In this document: positions 50,981 through 61,333 of the stretch, piece after piece
Position numbering within the stretch: the stretch's first letter is position 1
How the letters are laid out: each line of letters starts with the position of its first letter
Made by a program: the position numbers and the translations under genes
The notes under the pieces: model-generated
The model's input: the letters and a program-made list of their open reading frames with translations, nothing else
What the model was told of the DNA's origin: nothing
The model's database searches: none
Origin: Phoronis australis
Taxonomy: Eukaryota > Animalia > Phoronida
Length of the DNA: 64,000 nt
NCBI GenBank assembly: GCA_002633005.1
Contig: NMRA01000355.1
Coordinates: forward strand, 135,390-199,389
Direction of reading: 5' to 3'

Positions 50981-53900
50981 CAAACAGAGACATACGTATC
51001 TACTGAAGTCTATTCACAACAGACTTGTAATGAGATAGAACCCGTATGTCTCAGTTCAGGCCTCTGGGGTGAGTGTTAAATTTTGCGATGAATTAATTCG
51101 ATTTTTGACAGCTAAACTGGGCGAAATGACTCTTTTAAAACTAATTAAAAATCTCTTGCTTTCAGCTAACACATAAAAATTATAGGACTATTCAAATGAT
51201 GCTACATGCTACAGTGTAACATTTTACTTTGTTATTCAGAAAACAAAAGGAGTCGTCAAACTATACCATGATTGAAAGGAGGGACGAAAGTGGTTGTGGA
51301 GGAGATCAGTGATGGAATCAGAAAACGCTGGTGTGGGACAGGCAACTTTAGAGGTAACAGAAAAACACCAGTTTAATAAAGAACAGAAAATGTAATCAAG
51401 TAGTAATAAGTATTAAAGTTCTCATTCATCAAAACAAGAGTAGAAACTTAACAAGACTTAGACGCTTGTTTGGTTAAATCAAGCACATTTTTAGAACAAT
51501 CCGCTATTGACACTCTATTTAGCAGTATAGATTTTTTGTTTATTCTTTAGTTCAACGGTGAATAACGAATAAAATGAACTTACCACAGTGTTTGGCCTCT
51601 GCTGCATACAAGTATATGCTATTGGTTGTTCAAGTACATAGTAAATGCCATTAACTATCAACTTTCACTTTGTGCGTCACCATTAACTTTTGCAATTAGT
51701 TACGTAACCCGTACTTCTAATTATCATATACTTGGAATGCGAAACGTAAGTAAATTTTCAAATGATTTTCTGTCATTCTTTAACCATTTTCAGAGATAAA
51801 ACCTGACAAAAATGTTGCCTGACACATGCAATTAGCGTGAAGGTTTTGTAACTGAGTAAGATACAAGATCAAATTGCACTGCATTCGTTGCACAACTGAG
51901 GTTATTATATCAGCAAGAGGAGTCAATATCGCAAAATAATGACTCGAAATATCGATCGTTTATTAATTAAGTACCACATAATCAGTACCAATCCTATAAT
52001 AATGATAATGCAAAGTTTTTTTTTCCATAATTCGGCGCTTGAAATAACTCGACTCGCCCCGTGGTCTTGAAACTTGGTGAACCCACTCAGCTGTGCTTTG
52101 TGAATCAAACCATAGTAAATATGTAAATATGCACAGGTCATGTGGTCAGTTGGCTGTGTGTGTGTCCTGGTCATAAAGTCAGTTGGCAGTGTGTGTCCTG
52201 GTCATGTAGTCAGTTGGAAGCGTTTGTCTTGATCATGTAAATGTAGTCAGTTGGAAGTGTGTGTCCTGGTCATGTAGCCAGTTGGCAGCGTGTGTCCTGA
52301 TCATGTAAATGTAGTCAGTTGGCAGCGTGTGTCTTGGTCATGTAGTCAGACGGGAGCGTGTGTCCTGGTCGTTTAGTCAAGAAGTTATTTTTGCACTTTG
52401 ATAACTCCCTTGGTTTTTAGAATTAAAAATATTTTAAACCAGTTAGGTATGATATCTAATTATAGTGATGCGAATTGGGTTTTATTTCAGGTAATTGATA
52501 CTCGTTTCTGTTTATCAGTTCCGAAATCATCAAAGCTCTGTACTGTTGTGATTCTTCGACTACTTCGGTCCAGTGTCAAACTCCAGCCTCTGTGCTGGCT
52601 GCTGTCATCATATCAAACCATTTGCATGGCATATACATCCCATTTTCTACTTTTGAGCATTGACGTCTATGTGGATAGTATGCCCACAAAATCTTGAGAC
52701 TAATGGAAACCTATCGCAATCGTATTCATTGTCTCATTCCGAATTTGATGACGAGGCTCATACTCAGTATGTGCCTGACAACTACGTTCCAGCAATGGTA
52801 CAAAACAATCTCCATCTCAAATGCACTTAAAAGTTTGAGAAACCTTCGTCAAATCTCCGTTTCTGCGACAGATCGAAGCACGTTTCTTCATAATGGGCTG
52901 AGCGCAGCGAGGCCCCTGTACTTTTTGGTTGAACCGCCGTTTACGGTTTTACGTACGAACTTGTGCCATTTCTGGGCTATATTAGGGTCTTTTGCAATAG
53001 CAAAAACTGAAATTTTGTCTGTACAATTGCTGTTACTGCATCTTCCGTATATGCAACTTGTCGTAATACTCACTTCACTTTTCGAGACCAATTCGGCTTG
53101 CGGTTGGTCTAGGACAACACAATGGGGAAGACCGGATCCACTGATGACGTCACACAGAATTTTAATCATTTAATTTTTGCGTACATACATTTAAGAAGAA
53201 ATGGTTAAAATTTCGTACCAAAATTGTTAGTAACCGAATTCAAGCTTTCCGAACACACTTTTCATTGTTAGCACATTATTCTGAACTCTCTATGGGCGAA
53301 TCAAAAAGAATCCAGACAGGAAAGCTTCGGCCACTAAGCATTTTATCCTGGCTAGCACAAACAGAGTTCGACGTATTTTTCCAAGAAAATTTACCGAGAA
53401 ACCGCGAAAAGCGTATCCTAGTGGGCATTATGAGGACTAGAAGGAAGCAGACGATGCACTGGAAGGAAGCAGACGATGCACTAGAAGGAAGCAGACGATG
53501 CACTCGAAGGAAGCAGACGATGCACTAGAAGGAAGCAAACGATGCACTAGAAGGAAGCAGACGATGCACAAGCAAATCGTTGTTGTTGTATGGGATTTGT
53601 TCTTTATAATTTCATGTTATGGTCGTGATTCGTGTGAAATAAAGATGTCGTTTGCACTAACTAATCATTTGACAAGTCACGCTGATTAAATACACGTGCA
53701 AACTTCTCGTCGGCTCCCATGTAAACTGCAGCGCTGCCAAGATGGCGCTCTTTGAAAACCTCCTTCGCGTCATCGCCAGGAATACTGGCGTTAAATCAAT
53801 GCTCTAATCAAAATTGCGATTTTTGTTTGAGCACAAGCAACGAAATAAACTTGGAAAGGTTCAAGTAAAACTTCTTTTCCATTTATACTAGTAATTATCT

Positions 53901-55117
53901 GAAACTGATTCAAAATAGAACCTATTTTGTCTTGGCAAGTGGCCTAAGTAAAAGTTTCTCTGGCTGAAGGAGTGGTTTCAGTGACTTTAATTCTACATTT
54001 TCCTTTCTTAACAACGACCAGTGAAGCTCGTTCGTCTGAAACAGTTTGGACAAATTGAAAATCCATATCAAATGATCCCAATTTATCGTCTGGGAGTGAA
54101 CTTAATCTACCGTGATGACTGGACCATTAGAAAGGCAAATCAATACAAATCAACTTTATGAGTAATTTTTTGCAGTTCAGCGCTTTCCACATATTGCTTT
54201 GTGTTAAGTAAGACATATATAATGGTAGTCCATACCATCCACCATAGGCTAGAGGATGTCAATCATCCTGAGAAAGAGTTTATTGATATTACTTAATTGA
54301 AAGTTATCATTCTATTGATCCGGGTACAATTCTTAAGAGAAAATATACTACACGTATAAGGTGAATAACCCGAGGCCATCGCATTACAAGCTAATCCCCA
54401 GTCAGAAAAGCATTAACTTCTTAAAATTTCTCCCAAAGAAAATAATCCATATCCGGTGACCAAGACACCAGTCTTGAACCTATAGGCACCGGTGGCGAAA
54501 TAATGGAATTTGTACCGCGGGTTTGGTGTTTGCTGGCCCGGGACTTGGCTGTAGTAGAGTGACGTTGTAATCAAGAGGTGTGCCCACGGAATCCTTTCCC
54601 GGATGTTAGTAGGTTGACTTCAAATTTTGTACATTAAGGCCAAAAAGCGCATCCCCAGTTTATTCATAGTTTTCAATTGTCATTATATATGTAATTGATC
54701 TCATTTTTCAAAGGTATTTGATTCTTGATACATTCCTTGGGATACCTCATTTGTTTAATCAAAAATGTTATCAGTGAGATCATTTTAAAACACGGTAGTC
54801 GCATTTCAGCCAAGCAAATTGTGGAAACGACGGATTACCTAGCAGAAGGTTGCCATACTTTTATTAATTAACTTAGAAATCTGACACAATTTTGCAAGGT
54901 AATACCGCTTTGCGGGCAGTTCTTTATTTCAGGTATTCAATTTCGACAAGCAAACATTTTTTTTCGGAATTACAGTGTATGTTTTGCGTACAGAAATCTA
55001 CTTACCAGACTGCATAGTAAAAATGACAAAAGAACTCGTTAGGATCCAAGTCGCGTCGTCCCAACTGATGTGCGAGAAAGCCGAATCCAATCGACTAGAA
55101 TTTGTGCTAGTGTTCAT
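25855..55117 (-). CDS. Amt: Ammonium transporter (Amt/Mep family, insect Amt / amt-3-like), gene A. 7 coding exons: 55006-55117, 30318-30873, 29886-30017, 28941-29017, 28248-28429, 27291-27425, 25855-26511; ~616 aa
   Basis: All introns are GT..AG with consistent phases (1,2,2,1,0,0), and the exons sum to 1851 nt. Amt hallmarks: WILTSSFVIFTMQSGFGLLESG, KNEVNIMIKN, FFQMSFATT, IVSGCMAER, DVAGAGPVH (His1), WWGWLGFNCGS, DDPAGVIPVH (His2), GADWCEHG. Exon 1 is linked across a 24-kb intron with two N gaps, so that link is inferred. Confidence 0.92.
27291..27425 (-). CDS. Amt: Amt gene A exon 6 (EDILSLTYGRRGLFKGGGFYLFGVQ...YLILK)
   Basis: Acceptor AAG|GAG (alternative in-frame GAG|GAC at 27422); donor AAG|GTATGT; GLxxGG..LxxQ motif. 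Confidence 0.92.
27692..27846. mobile_element. Small Harbinger-like MITE in Amt intron 5
   Basis: Ends GCGTGCGTTAAGTAACGCTAGGA / TCCTAGCGTTACTGAACGGGAGG; TTG/CTG flanks. Confidence 0.75.
28248..28429 (-). CDS. Amt: Amt gene A exon 5 (GLCALVDPWE...DDPAGVIPVH...FPDQ)
   Basis: Acceptor TTCCAG|GG and donor CAG|GTGAGA; contains the second pore His. Confidence 0.95.
28941..29017 (-). CDS. Amt: Amt gene A exon 4 (FFVKKRKFDVGFLINSILGSLVSVT)
   Basis: Polypyrimidine tract with TTTCAG acceptor; donor G|GTAAGT; Amt NxxLxxLVxxT motif. Confidence 0.93.
29266..29346. repeat. (GT)n microsatellite in Amt intron 3
   Basis: Seen directly. Confidence 0.95.
29886..30017 (-). CDS. Amt: Amt gene A exon 3 (WGWLGFNCGSTYGISQGRWKIAARAAVTTLCSSMAGGLSGLGIS)
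   Basis: Acceptor GATAG|G and donor AG|GTAAGT; conserved WxGWxGFNxGS motif. Not in the ORF track. Confidence 0.95.
30318..30873 (-). CDS. Amt: Amt gene A exon 2 (GFGLLESG...GMFMLW)
   Basis: Acceptor TTTCAG|GT and donor TG|GTAAGT; contained in ORF 30314..30904. Confidence 0.97.
33316..33628. mobile_element. CA..TG-group MITE containing an assembly gap (N 33370-33453)
   Basis: Ends CTTGCGCGCATCC / GGGTGCGGGCATT; flanks TTACC / TTATC; homologous to 56422-56685 and 20220-20325. Confidence 0.65.
34090..34884 (+). mobile_element. 3' fragment of an L2/Daphne-like LINE
   Basis: Motifs ECGQLP..IMYWFKLL, LSNYGFQEVWLNQG, RFRCSFHSLMIEVGR..EDKFHLHLRCDEYSELR; (ATTG)n tail. Confidence 0.75.
37146..37652. 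repeat. Compound (CATA/TGCA/CGTA)n tetranucleotide satellite
   Basis: Seen directly; it produces the spurious MYVC/HTYI ORFs. Confidence 0.97.
37905..38913 (-). mobile_element. ~1-kb non-autonomous element, copy 2
   Basis: Reverse complement of 6384-7370 with small indels; ends GTCTGCAAAC / GAGTTGCAGGCTA form a short imperfect TIR. Confidence 0.8.
39356..43829 (-). mobile_element. Decayed Academ-like DNA transposon 2 (~4.5 kb) in Amt intron 1
   Basis: ~130-bp TIRs start TAGTCC and end GGACTA; 3-bp flanks TAT/TGT. Coding remnants at 40040-42330: SFLQASHLTRARHAHQV, YFFALDLQNYKRW, ENNALVQDSGGAIGLTEN, ALPMFHALTGLDTTSQFYGKGKKTAW (XPG-like), and a degenerate Cys-rich C-terminus. Confidence 0.88.
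46724..46849. mobile_element. 126-bp palindromic mini-MITE with a 9-bp TSD (Mutator-like)
   Basis: TIR GGCACTGGTCGGATATAGCGGTC / GACCACTATATCCGACCAGTGCC; flanks CTCGACTTC / CTCGATTTT. Confidence 0.72.
47237..47841 (+). mobile_element. PIF/Harbinger (Tourist-like) MITE, copy 2, TSD TAA
   Basis: TIR GGTGGCACTGAATAGTT / AACTGTTCAGTGCCTCC; TAA at 47234-47236 and 47842-47844. Confidence 0.9.
49790..50407. repeat. Diverged ~400-bp tandem repeat running into an assembly gap
   Basis: ATGACCTTT(C/G)CACTAATTGACCT..TCCGGTGCATT at 49843 and 50244, with colinear similarity on both sides. Confidence 0.65.
50408..50938. other. Assembly gap (N run), followed by (GA)n at 50939-50978
   Basis: Seen directly. 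Confidence 0.99.
52137..52379. repeat. Minisatellite, ~31-bp unit TGTAGTCAGTTGGCAGCGTGTGTCCTGGTCA x~7, two units carrying an extra TGTAAA
   Basis: Seen directly. Confidence 0.9.
52790..53075 (-). pseudogene. Decayed THAP zinc-finger domain, probably from a DNA transposon (Kolobok/P/PHIS type)
   Basis: SCIYGRCSN..ISVFAIAKDPNIAQKWHKFV, then after a frameshift SAHYEETCFD. This fits the C2CH THAP pattern with conserved P, W and H. Confidence 0.65.
53436..53569. repeat. Minisatellite, 22-bp unit ACTAGAAGGAAGCAGACGATGC x6
   Basis: Seen directly; no spacers. Confidence 0.96.
55006..55117 (-). CDS. Amt: Amt gene A exon 1 (MNTSTNSSRLDSAFSHISWDDATWILTSSFVIFTMQS-G)
   Basis: ATG at 55117 with an in-frame TAA upstream; donor G|GTAAGT; phase 1 matches exon 2. 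Not in the ORF track. Confidence 0.88.
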
Positions 55118-55273
55118 CTCGTGCTCCTCATTAAACAACACCTTGACTACTTAAGCTGAAATGTGTTTTCCACTAGAGTAGGTACCATGATTTCTACCCG
55201 CAAGCTTTCGTGTTCCCTGTTAGATGGACTGTGGTTACACTGTGCAAATAATCACGAAGTCGCTATAGCTAAG

Positions 55274-55342
55274 GGCAACGCGTAGAGAGTTTGTGCGGGT
55301 CACGTGATCCTGCGTAATTACGGTCTGTAGTTTTGATTATAA
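55274..55342 (-). promoter_or_regulatory. Putative core promoter of Amt gene A: TTATAATCAAAAC - 19 nt - GGATCACGTGAC - GTTGCC
   Basis: Motifs and spacing are conserved with 3617-3686, upstream of paralog B. Confidence 0.65.
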
Positions 55343-55366
55343 TACGGGTTGTTGACCTTCTCAACG

Positions 55367-55544
55367 AATTGACCTATCGTCAGCTCCGCCCCCTTGCATA
55401 ATGTCGACTAACAAACAATAACTTTTAACCGGCAACGTGTTTTTGTTGGGTAAAATGGCGGCTTGAAAACGAATGTGTGCCAATAATGACGTGTTCTAAA
55501 TGGTCAGTTAAGCCGTCCCTCAAAACCCTGGCGATAGGTCAATT
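55367..55544. mobile_element. ~180-bp MITE directly upstream of the Amt gene A core promoter
   Basis: TIR AATTGACCTATCGTCAG / CTGGCGATAGGTCAATT (16/17). Confidence 0.75.
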
Positions 55545-56421
55545 GTACGTGAAAACGAACAGCAAACTTTCGAAGGTTGTCTTGAATCAATAAATTTGCT
55601 GTTAACCAGTATTTACGAATGACCGTCAATTCGGTTGCTTGATTTTAAGTGAGCCCATAATACCACGAGAACTCCATCATCACCATGGTAACTGGCTATC
55701 TTGACACCAAACATCCGTTATTGTAGGTTCGTTGGCCAAATCGCGTTAGTCGCAAGTAAATGCGACTTCAGTTGTGTTTCTGGTGACCCTCATGGGGGTT
55801 ACAAAACCGAAAGATGAAGTTTTATCACTTTAATCATTATGATTATCATAGAAATAAACAAGTCAGAAAGTCAGGAAGTGTGTCTTCCATTTCGTTGGTC
55901 TTTTGTTGTGAAAATATAGTAACAAACCAATGAATGTCTAGCTACCTACATGTAAGTAGCAAAATGACTTTAACGGAGTAAAGCAGAGAATTTTGTGAAA
56001 TGGGAATTGGTCCCAATTCATAAAACATGTAAATACATATACGAGTATATTAACGTATCTCCTAACAACATACCTGCATGCGAGCACAGTTTACTCTGAA
56101 GCTCTGATGACTAGTTTAGAAGTCAATAACAAGCATGACGGTGTCAAAATACGTCAATTAATAACATTTGTTCTACGCGTTCAACATTACTTTTATGTTT
56201 TCTTTGACATCCTTCGTGCCACGTTCCATGATTTTCACGTTTAGCCAGTAATGTCCTTATATGAATTATGTTCATGGTCTTAAAGCAACAGTAATTAATT
56301 AGTGATTAATTATCAATTAATTAGCGCTACGACTATAAAAAGTTCAACCCGTTGTTTAAGCACTTCCTTTATAGAAGTTTAGAAGCCCTGCAGCAACTGA
56401 AAACTGGTTAAAAGTCTAAAT

Positions 56422-56685
56422 CATGCGCGCACCCAACGGGGGGCCTCGAATGACCCCCCCCCCTCCCCATTTAGCGAAATGGGCAAAAAGGTCCGCTTCA
56501 GAGATACTAAAACTACGAAAAAGTAGAAAACGGTACAAAAATTCACTAGAAAGGCACGAACTACCAAATTTCGGCGAATACACATTTTATAGCTCTGTCG
56601 GTACCCCGTAAATATTAGTATGTGGTCCACATTCTCAAAAATTCGAGCCCCCCCAATTCCAACTTTTAGGCTGGGTGCGCGCATG
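56422..56685. mobile_element. CA..TG MITE, 5-bp TSD TAAAT/CAAAT
   Basis: Perfect 14-bp TIR CATGCGCGCACCCA / TGGGTGCGCGCATG. Confidence 0.8.
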
Positions 56686-57499
56686 CAAATTATTTTGTGA
56701 AGATAACACCAATGCAATAGGCATTACACAAGCTCGTCTGATATTCGAACTAATAAATTCAATTCTTACTATCACATGCAATAGACGTAGCGCTAGACAG
56801 ATTGATTGTTCAATTTACAAACTAAGTAAGACGGTGCTTGCTGGAAGCTATGCTCACTGTTCGAATCAGAAACTAGGCAAATGGAATTGTTAATCTGCTT
56901 ACACCCCATGCGGTGGTCACATTATGTGATCTGCAGTTAAGTCTCAAAAGATCTCTGTACCAGACATGTAGGAACCACGTCTTACAATTGTCTATGTTTT
57001 GATAATCAATGCTTTATCCTTAATACTTTTCTACTCGTGTTCAACCGGACGATAGAGTGTCATCGGTTTCTGTTATAACGACGAAGTCCAGGGAATTAAT
57101 GTTTTCTTTTTGTCACGTTTTGATCAGATTTTTTCATGACCGCATGTAAAGATAACTAACAAGGCTTCCAATAGTAATCCGGTTATCTATTGAGTTTAAA
57201 ATTGTTTTGCCTCCATCAAAAACACTTTCCAAGTGCCGCAAAGACAATCTTGTTCGGCAACATCAAGTACCGACGTAACAATAAAACAAGTTCACCTGAA
57301 TCCCCTTAGAAAAGTCGGCGCCCCTAGACATGAGATTAAACGTTCTGACGGTAATGCTCGAGAGCTTGTTTAAGCATTGTTCCCGTTTACGGGCAAATAC
57401 TGGTATTTTGCGGGAATTTATATAGTCGGACCGGAACCTTGTATTTCCGACGGTTCGGCAAAGTATTTGAGCAATATACAACGATCAAAACTAATGCAC

Positions 57500-57660
57500 C
57501 AGCGGCGTATTTAGGGGGACCAAGGGGGCCATGGCCTCCCCCCTAAAATTCTCCCAGATTCCGATTTGGCAGTTCGGGGGTTCGAATGTCTGACGATCAA
57601 AATCCTGGATAATACTCAGACCTGCCCTCCCCCCAACTCAAAATCCTGGATTCGCCCCTG
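57500..57660. mobile_element. CAG..CTG MITE, 5-bp TSD TGCAC
   Basis: Inverted relative of 60996-61153 and 9591-9880. Confidence 0.82.
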
Positions 57661-58449
57661 TGCACGCACGAATCAAATAAATATTGCAAATTCTGGGAAT
57701 TTATTACCCTAAAACAATTAAACGCTGCACCAGAGAGTCACCCTGACGACGTTTAAAAGTGGAGTAGGCCTACACTGACCCGAAATTCAAAGGATTAGCC
57801 GTAAGGGTTAAAGGCTAGTTGCCGGAAGTTAACTCGGCACTCTCTAACCGACATGTGTTTTCGAGTAGCCGAATTAAACAATTTACATGTTGAACAACAC
57901 ACCAAATTCGAGGACTGACCAGCTGTACAAATGTCATTTACGTCGTTGAAGATGCAAATCAGATAAAACTAAGTGCAATCTCCCTCTATTTGTTCGCGCA
58001 GCTCACATTTTGGAGCTGCAACGAGAGAAAAAGTTCTTGTAAATAATTCGCATAGACCCTATTCACGCCGACAAGAGGCGCATTCCAAAACGAGGCTCGC
58101 TACGATAGCTCTGGTGGCTTATCCGCGTAGTTGTAGGCCTACTCCGCGTTGCTCGAACAGCTAACAAAAATACGGACACTCAACTGTCTGTTTTACAATC
58201 CCTAAGGATTGTTGGGTCCTTGCCATACATGTACGCCGCGACGAAGGAAAATATGTACGTGTAAAACTTATAACTGTTTTCGAATCAATTTGTCGCGGCA
58301 TCTCGGTTGCCGCCATAGCAACGAGGACCGGAGAATCTTCGGCCAGCCAGGCTGTGTTTTCACGACTATGGGTTGACGCGTTATGCATTTTTCTTTACAA
58401 AAAGGACAGGGCCCTCAATCCCTCAATTTTGGGGCCAAACATCGACCCT

Positions 58450-60368
58450 ATTCACCTATTTCACGAACGCGGGGCGCTGCTGTCGTGTTGATCGAAAACG
58501 AGGCGCCTTGACAAACATGGCATCGTCCTGCAACTAAGGTGGTGTGGTCAATAGCCTTATCAACGTTACCAAAAATCAAGTTGTCTGACATTGAATCAAT
58601 CTCCAAAAAACATACCAATACGCACGGCAACTAGACTTTTACCCTCCTCAGCCATTCCTTCGTAGTTTTCCCTCTTTTGGAAAAGTGTGGAAGTCAGGGA
58701 TATACCCAGGCTTTTAGTTTTGAAAAACCCTGCTCGCCAGCTGGGTGAGTGCCGGAGCCAGAAAATCTCGGAAGCTAGGATTCATCAAATTTACGAGCTG
58801 TGATGTATGTGTAACCTATGACAGACTGTCTACAAAACTGTGGTGCATTACGATATTTTTAAAAAAATGTGCTGAAATCCCAGGGCGAAAACTTGCCGAC
58901 TCAGTGATGCGTCGCTGCTTCGCGATCGTCGATAGGACAAATTGAATTCTTGAGTAAAAATAGTTTCGACTCAAATTACCTGAAATCCTCCTTAAGTTTT
59001 CCAAATAGCCTTTCCTAAGGTTCTAAGTTCCGGTGGAGTCGGGATTAAAAGCTGATTAAGTAAAAATCTGCGCTAGATCGCACCCCGCAACGAGAAAAAT
59101 CTGGACGAACACATATGTTGTTACGTGACGTTTGTATTCAAGTGAGTCAACAGGTGTGCACCGAGTGAGCAAGCGCGTGCGTGTTATCAGTGTTCATTTG
59201 ACAGAGTAACAGGCCCAATGAGCTGTATATGTAGTTATATTTATCTCATTGAGCAGGCCCTAGCGCGCTTCTTGGCCAAGTTTCGATTCGCGGTTTTTAT
59301 AATTTGACATGTACAAAGGAATCTGGATTCCTGTGGTAGGAGAAGATCTGCACGGGAAAGATACAATACGGCCAATCTCGTTACCAGTACGCTGCGTCTG
59401 TTCTGAAGGGCCAGACAATATAGTGTGACACTTTCCTCGCAAGATCAGCAAATCTTTTGCGTTCTTTTTGAAGCACTGCGGAACGGTTTGAAGTGTACAG
59501 CCACGGCTAAATACCGACATAGCGGCGAGGCTCGTGGTCTACTAGAAATTCCGCGCACAATGATTTTTCAGGACTGTCGGATATTATTAATAATTTGAAT
59601 ACATTACTGTAGAATTTTAGAACTGTGAGGTAAGGCATTTTTTCGCACAAATATATACACATTCATGGACTGGGCGCTTGTTTTAGCGAAGTCTGAAAAC
59701 GAGTGGGGACGCTTATAGGGGCATGGGCGCTTATTAGGACGTATGTTATCAAAAGAATTTTGGCTAAAATGACATTGTACATTACAATAAGAAATCAGTT
59801 CCAAGAAATATAGTATTTCATTTTCTATGAGCACATGGACCGGTCTTTCACCTTTCTCCCCTTTTCTTCGTTTCGGACTAGTCCACAAATTCTTTGTGCA
59901 CGACCACACACTGTGTTTTTTGACGAATCGCGTAACGGGTGACATGTACTGAATCGGTAGGGTCGCACTGCGCCGATGTTTTTACTGCCGGAGCATCGAC
60001 ACGATGACCAAACTGAACCTTAAATTCATGATAAAAACAGCACAAGGAGGAGGAAAATTATTCACATTCATCTGGGAAACAATATAAAGTGCTTTTGCGC
60101 TCTGAAATTCGCTCGCTACCTGGGCGACCGGCAAGTCAACTTCTACTCGCCCAGCACCATTTTTACTCGCATTGGCGACTGGGCGAGTGGCTAAGTATAT
60201 CCCTGTGAAGGATAGCGACGAATTATTACTGGAATTGGTACGTTCAGGCACTGCAGAGTACACCATGGCCAGCTGATGATCTCTCATGAGGTTTTATCAG
60301 TGTGCCTCGTTTTCGACCAGTATTTAAGGATGGCGCGGGAAGATGGCGCTTTCGTGAAATAGGTGAAT
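58450..60368. mobile_element. TIR element hosting a nested hAT-like element
   Basis: Perfect 18-bp TIR ATTCACCTATTTCACGAA / TTCGTGAAATAGGTGAAT. Confidence 0.65.
58695..60205. mobile_element. hAT-like non-autonomous element (~1.5 kb)
   Basis: TIR CAGGGATATAC / GTATATCCCTG; CTCGCC / GGCGAG subterminal repeats; no clean TSD. Confidence 0.6.
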
Positions 60369-60514
60369 TTCCCTCTCAAAAATATTGAAAAATCACGCGA
60401 AATTCCCGGGCCCACGAGTCCTACTGTAAAAATTCCCTTAGTGATTGAAAATTTCCCTCCAACGGTTCAAATCACCTGTGACCACAGAGGTGACAATTTG
60501 AAAAAGTACAAAAT

Positions 60515-60798
60515 CATAGGCGGATTTAGAGGGGGGCCTAGGCCCCCCCCCTTGACTGCCGCAAGCAAAATAAACCGGCAAAACGTGAACGTGAGTTCGA
60601 GCTAGGACCGGTAGCGGACGAGAGGGGAAAACATGTTCCGTTTTTTGTTTTTTTTTATAGTCCAAAGACAGATTTCCTGAGCAGAAGGTATATATCCTCG
60701 ACGCCCGCAACTTCCGGGCCGCCTGCGTGCTTACAATCGCGCTTTGACCGCTTCTCCAAGGATGTCGCCCCCCTCATGGTATCCTAGATCAGCCACTG
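60515..60798. mobile_element. CA..TG MITE, 5-bp TSD AAAAT
   Basis: Ends CATAGGCGGATTTAG / CTAGATCAGCCACTG. Confidence 0.78.
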
Positions 60799-60995
60799 AA
60801 AATGCTACTTGACTGAGACAGAGCTATGAGAGCTTGCAAAAGGGCGGGGTGCTATTGATGGTGATCGGGATTTCAGTAGATTTTTCACTGACCCGTCACT
60901 CGGTGAAACGTTCCCCTCTCAGAGGCCGCACACTGGCACCTTTCCCCTCGGATATGAACGAGGCCTCTGAAGAAACATGATAACTATGCTTGTTC

Positions 60996-61153
60996 CAGGG
61001 GGATCCAGGACTTTGAGTTGGGGGGGTGGGCAAGGCAGAGTGTTATCCAGGATTTTCCCCGTCAGACATTTGGTCTCCTGAACTGCCAAATGGAATCTGG
61101 GAGAATTTTAGGGGGGGCATGGCCCCCTTGGCTCCCCTCTAAATCAGCCACTG
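60996..61153. mobile_element. CAG..CTG MITE, 5-bp TSD TGTTC
   Basis: Ends CAGGGGGATCCAGG / CTAAATCAGCCACTG. Confidence 0.82.
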
Positions 61154-61327
61154 TGTTCTGTTCAGTTAACTGAAATTGAGCTCTAAAACGAGTCTATGCT
61201 TTGGACGAAAGAATTAGGTTTTTAACTTTAAGATTCAACTTGGTCGAGATTGATATTTGAAAAATATAACACATGAAATAGACGTAATTATTAAAACCAA
61301 GAAAGCAGAATTGATGGTCATATAATT

Positions 61328-61333
61328 TTTATT
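61328..61333 (-). terminator. Candidate polyadenylation signal of the Trk-like gene (~2.3-kb 3'UTR)
   Basis: AATAAA on the minus strand followed by T-rich sequence. ATTAAA at 62428-62433 is an alternative. Confidence 0.3.

Noticed and set aside
50244-51038. Long ORFs containing X runs (also 33267-33652)
   Set aside because: Artefacts of N gaps.
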